A stretch of 16,557 nt of DNA from Promethearchaeota archaeon (GTDB taxonomy: Archaea > Asgardarchaeota > Lokiarchaeia > Sigyniarchaeales > SOKP01): NCBI GenBank assembly GCA_048941265.1, contig JBHLNT010000087.1:1-16557 (forward strand). The letters are read 5' to 3'. Numbering within the stretch: position 1 is the first letter of the stretch; each line of letters begins with the position of its first letter. Made by a program: the position numbers and the translations under genes. The notes beneath the pieces are model-generated. The model had not been told where the DNA came from, ran no database searches, and was given only the letters and a program-made list of their open reading frames with translations. Below, one piece after another: positions 15,020 to 16,557 of this stretch.

Positions 15020-15826
15020 TTAAATTTTCTTTCTAAATTTTATGTCCGCTAATTGATAAATCTCCAATAAACCCTCATGGAGTAATTTAACTCTCTTTCT
15101 CCATTCTTTTGCGGACTGAAATTTTTCTAACCATATTTCGTAACCTAATTCCTTAATTTCATCTTTGAATTGATCAGGGGTTTCCCACTCAAGGCCCTCT
15201 ACTTCTATATATTTTTTTGTTTCCGCGATGCTCCAAAAAATAATAGGCCAAGAGCTATAAAATCCAGTAGTGGTAACATTTTTCAGCTTTATAATTCTAT
15301 TACCCAATTCTTTAGATATTAAAAAACAGACTGAAATTATGTCTTTTTTCTTCGGAAAACCTAAAATTTTTGAAGCTATTTCATTTATAATACCCTCTGT
15401 TTCTTTTTGGGTAGGGGGATGCGTTTCAAATGCTCTTGATGTTCTTCCGATATGTACATAGTCGAAGTTTGTATTTGTACTTATCGCATTAGAAAGCTCA
15501 TTTGGGTAATTGTTTAACCAATGAAGTAATCGATCAAAATCGATATATAGGATTTTTTGAGTTTTTGGATTGGCAATATATTTTAAGGAGGCTTGAATAG
15601 ACAATTTATAATTTCCAACTTGGTCCATAGAATTTCCAATAATGATTTTGAAATCCTTAGCTCTTAGAAAATTTATGACTTTTTCTTGAGTGGAAGGTGT
15701 GCAACATACAATTCTTTCTTTGAATAATGTTTCCATCAAAGGGAGCACAGATTTCATTAAATCTATAAACTTTAATTCAGGATCATGTAGTGTTGATGAT
15801 AATAACACAGAATTAATTTTATTCAT
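15020..15826 (-). CDS. Conserved hypothetical protein, possible GT-A glycosyltransferase-like fold
   Basis: TLHDP, DxD motif in ILYIDFDRLLHW, GRTSRAFETHPPTQKETE, EGLEWETPD. Confidence 0.6.
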   Translation of the reverse strand: MNKINSVLLSSTLHDPELKFIDLMKSVLPLMETLFKERIVCCTPSTQEKVINFLRAKDFKIIIGNSMDQVGNYKLSIQASLKYIANPKTQKILYIDFDRLLHWLNNYPNELSNAISTNTNFDYVHIGRTSRAFETHPPTQKETEGIINEIASKILGFPKKKDIISVCFLISKELGNRIIKLKNVTTTGFYSSWPIIFWSIAETKKYIEVEGLEWETPDQFKDEIKELGYEIWLEKFQSAKEWRKRVKLLHEGLLEIYQLADIKFRKKI

Positions 15827-15884
15827 ACTTAAAATCGAATCTATATTAGAATATTATTAAAAAAATAGCGTTTAATAAATAGTT

Positions 15885-16556
15885 TCACTTCATATAATCG
15901 ACTTTAGCATTGTCAATAGGTTGTCTGTAGAAAACCAATTTATTGACAACTAACCTCGCATTAATATTCTGTTTTTGAATAGTTTCAAAAATATTGAATT
16001 TAACTTCATCGTCTGTAAACATTAAATCAGGAGTTTTATATCGTATATATTCGATAATATCTGTCAATAATGCGGTGGTAGATATGGAAGAAAATAAATT
16101 CAACGCTTGTTCTATTTTTTCAAGTAATATTGGAGTCATATCAAACTTTTGTTTAACATTTAAAATTTTTTGATGTAATTCCTTAGCTTCGCTATCTTCA
16201 GAATTTATCTCCAACATACGATTCGATGCATCTAAGGCTCTCTTATAGGCTCTTGCTACTAAAAATGCGTTAGCCAATTTTTTCCATAGATTAAAATCAA
16301 TTATATTCTGATCAATCATCTCCTTATATACCTTATTAAGATTAGTATATGGTAAATCATAGAGCCAATCAATTCGCAGAGATTCTGTAAAAGCGTTGAT
16401 TGCTTTTTTATATTCTTTTAGACAAAAGAAAACATATCCTAGATTATTATGTATCACTTTATTACTCGGAGCCAATCTTAGGGCTTCAGAATATGCCGAA
16501 ATGGCTTTATCATATTTTTCCATAAAACGATATGCCCTTCCAAGATCGATCCAATT
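15885..16556 (-). CDS. 5'-truncated tetratricopeptide repeat protein with C-terminal winged-helix/PCI-like region
   Basis: Frame is open to the window edge (NWIDLGRAYRF precedes the Met at 16523). TPR units WIDLGRAY...YDKAISAYSEALRLAP, HNNLGYVF...YKKAINAFTESLRID, WKKLANAF...YKRALDASNRMLEIN. Confidence 0.85.
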   Translation of the reverse strand, partial: NWIDLGRAYRFMEKYDKAISAYSEALRLAPSNKVIHNNLGYVFFCLKEYKKAINAFTESLRIDWLYDLPYTNLNKVYKEMIDQNIIDFNLWKKLANAFLVARAYKRALDASNRMLEINSEDSEAKELHQKILNVKQKFDMTPILLEKIEQALNLFSSISTTALLTDIIEYIRYKTPDLMFTDDEVKFNIFETIQKQNINARLVVNKLVFYRQPIDNAKVDYMK

Positions 16557-16557
16557 T

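Noticed and set aside
385-15461. Short ORF-track entries 385-711, 3136-3381, 4448-4690, 6568-6750, 6839-7315, 7469-7690, 7874-8062, 9502-9696, 9703-9963, 11817-12149, 12160-12384, 15270-15461
   Set aside because: All lie antisense or out of frame within well-supported genes and show no recognisable motifs.
1-16557. Selenocysteine (TGA) or pyrrolysine (TAG) read-through
   Set aside because: Genes ending in TGA (14990, 15885) or TAG (8252) look complete and run into short intergenic DNA. The frame upstream of TGA 313-315 closes again at 247-249. No MttB/MtbB/MtmB-type gene or SECIS-like hairpin was recognised.

Overview
AT-rich (roughly 30% GC by eye), gene-dense archaeal window, most likely from an Asgard archaeon (Lokiarchaeia-like). 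This assignment is an inference from AGGTGA/GGAGGTG Shine-Dalgarno sites, BRE-TATA promoters, and wHTH-V4R-like, HEAT-LRR and TPR-PCI-like proteins. In order it holds: (1) a 5'-truncated SCP2-like gene, a VAO/PCMH/GlcD-family FAD oxidoreductase with an apparent ATT start, and a GlcF/HdrD-type CCG Fe-S protein; (2) a 52-aa ORF absent from the ORF track; (3) a reverse-strand corrinoid protein plus UroD/MtaA-family methyltransferase behind a palindrome-rich promoter; (4) an orphan, a wHTH-V4R-like regulator, a HEAT-LRR protein and a convergent dual-specificity phosphatase; (5) a same-strand run of saccharopine dehydrogenase-like, PaaG-type crotonase, FadH, C-N hydrolase and transglutaminase-like genes; (6) a GT-A-like protein and a 5'-truncated TPR protein with a PCI-like tail. 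No RNA genes, CRISPR arrays or transposases were seen. All family calls come from motif recognition, not database searches.
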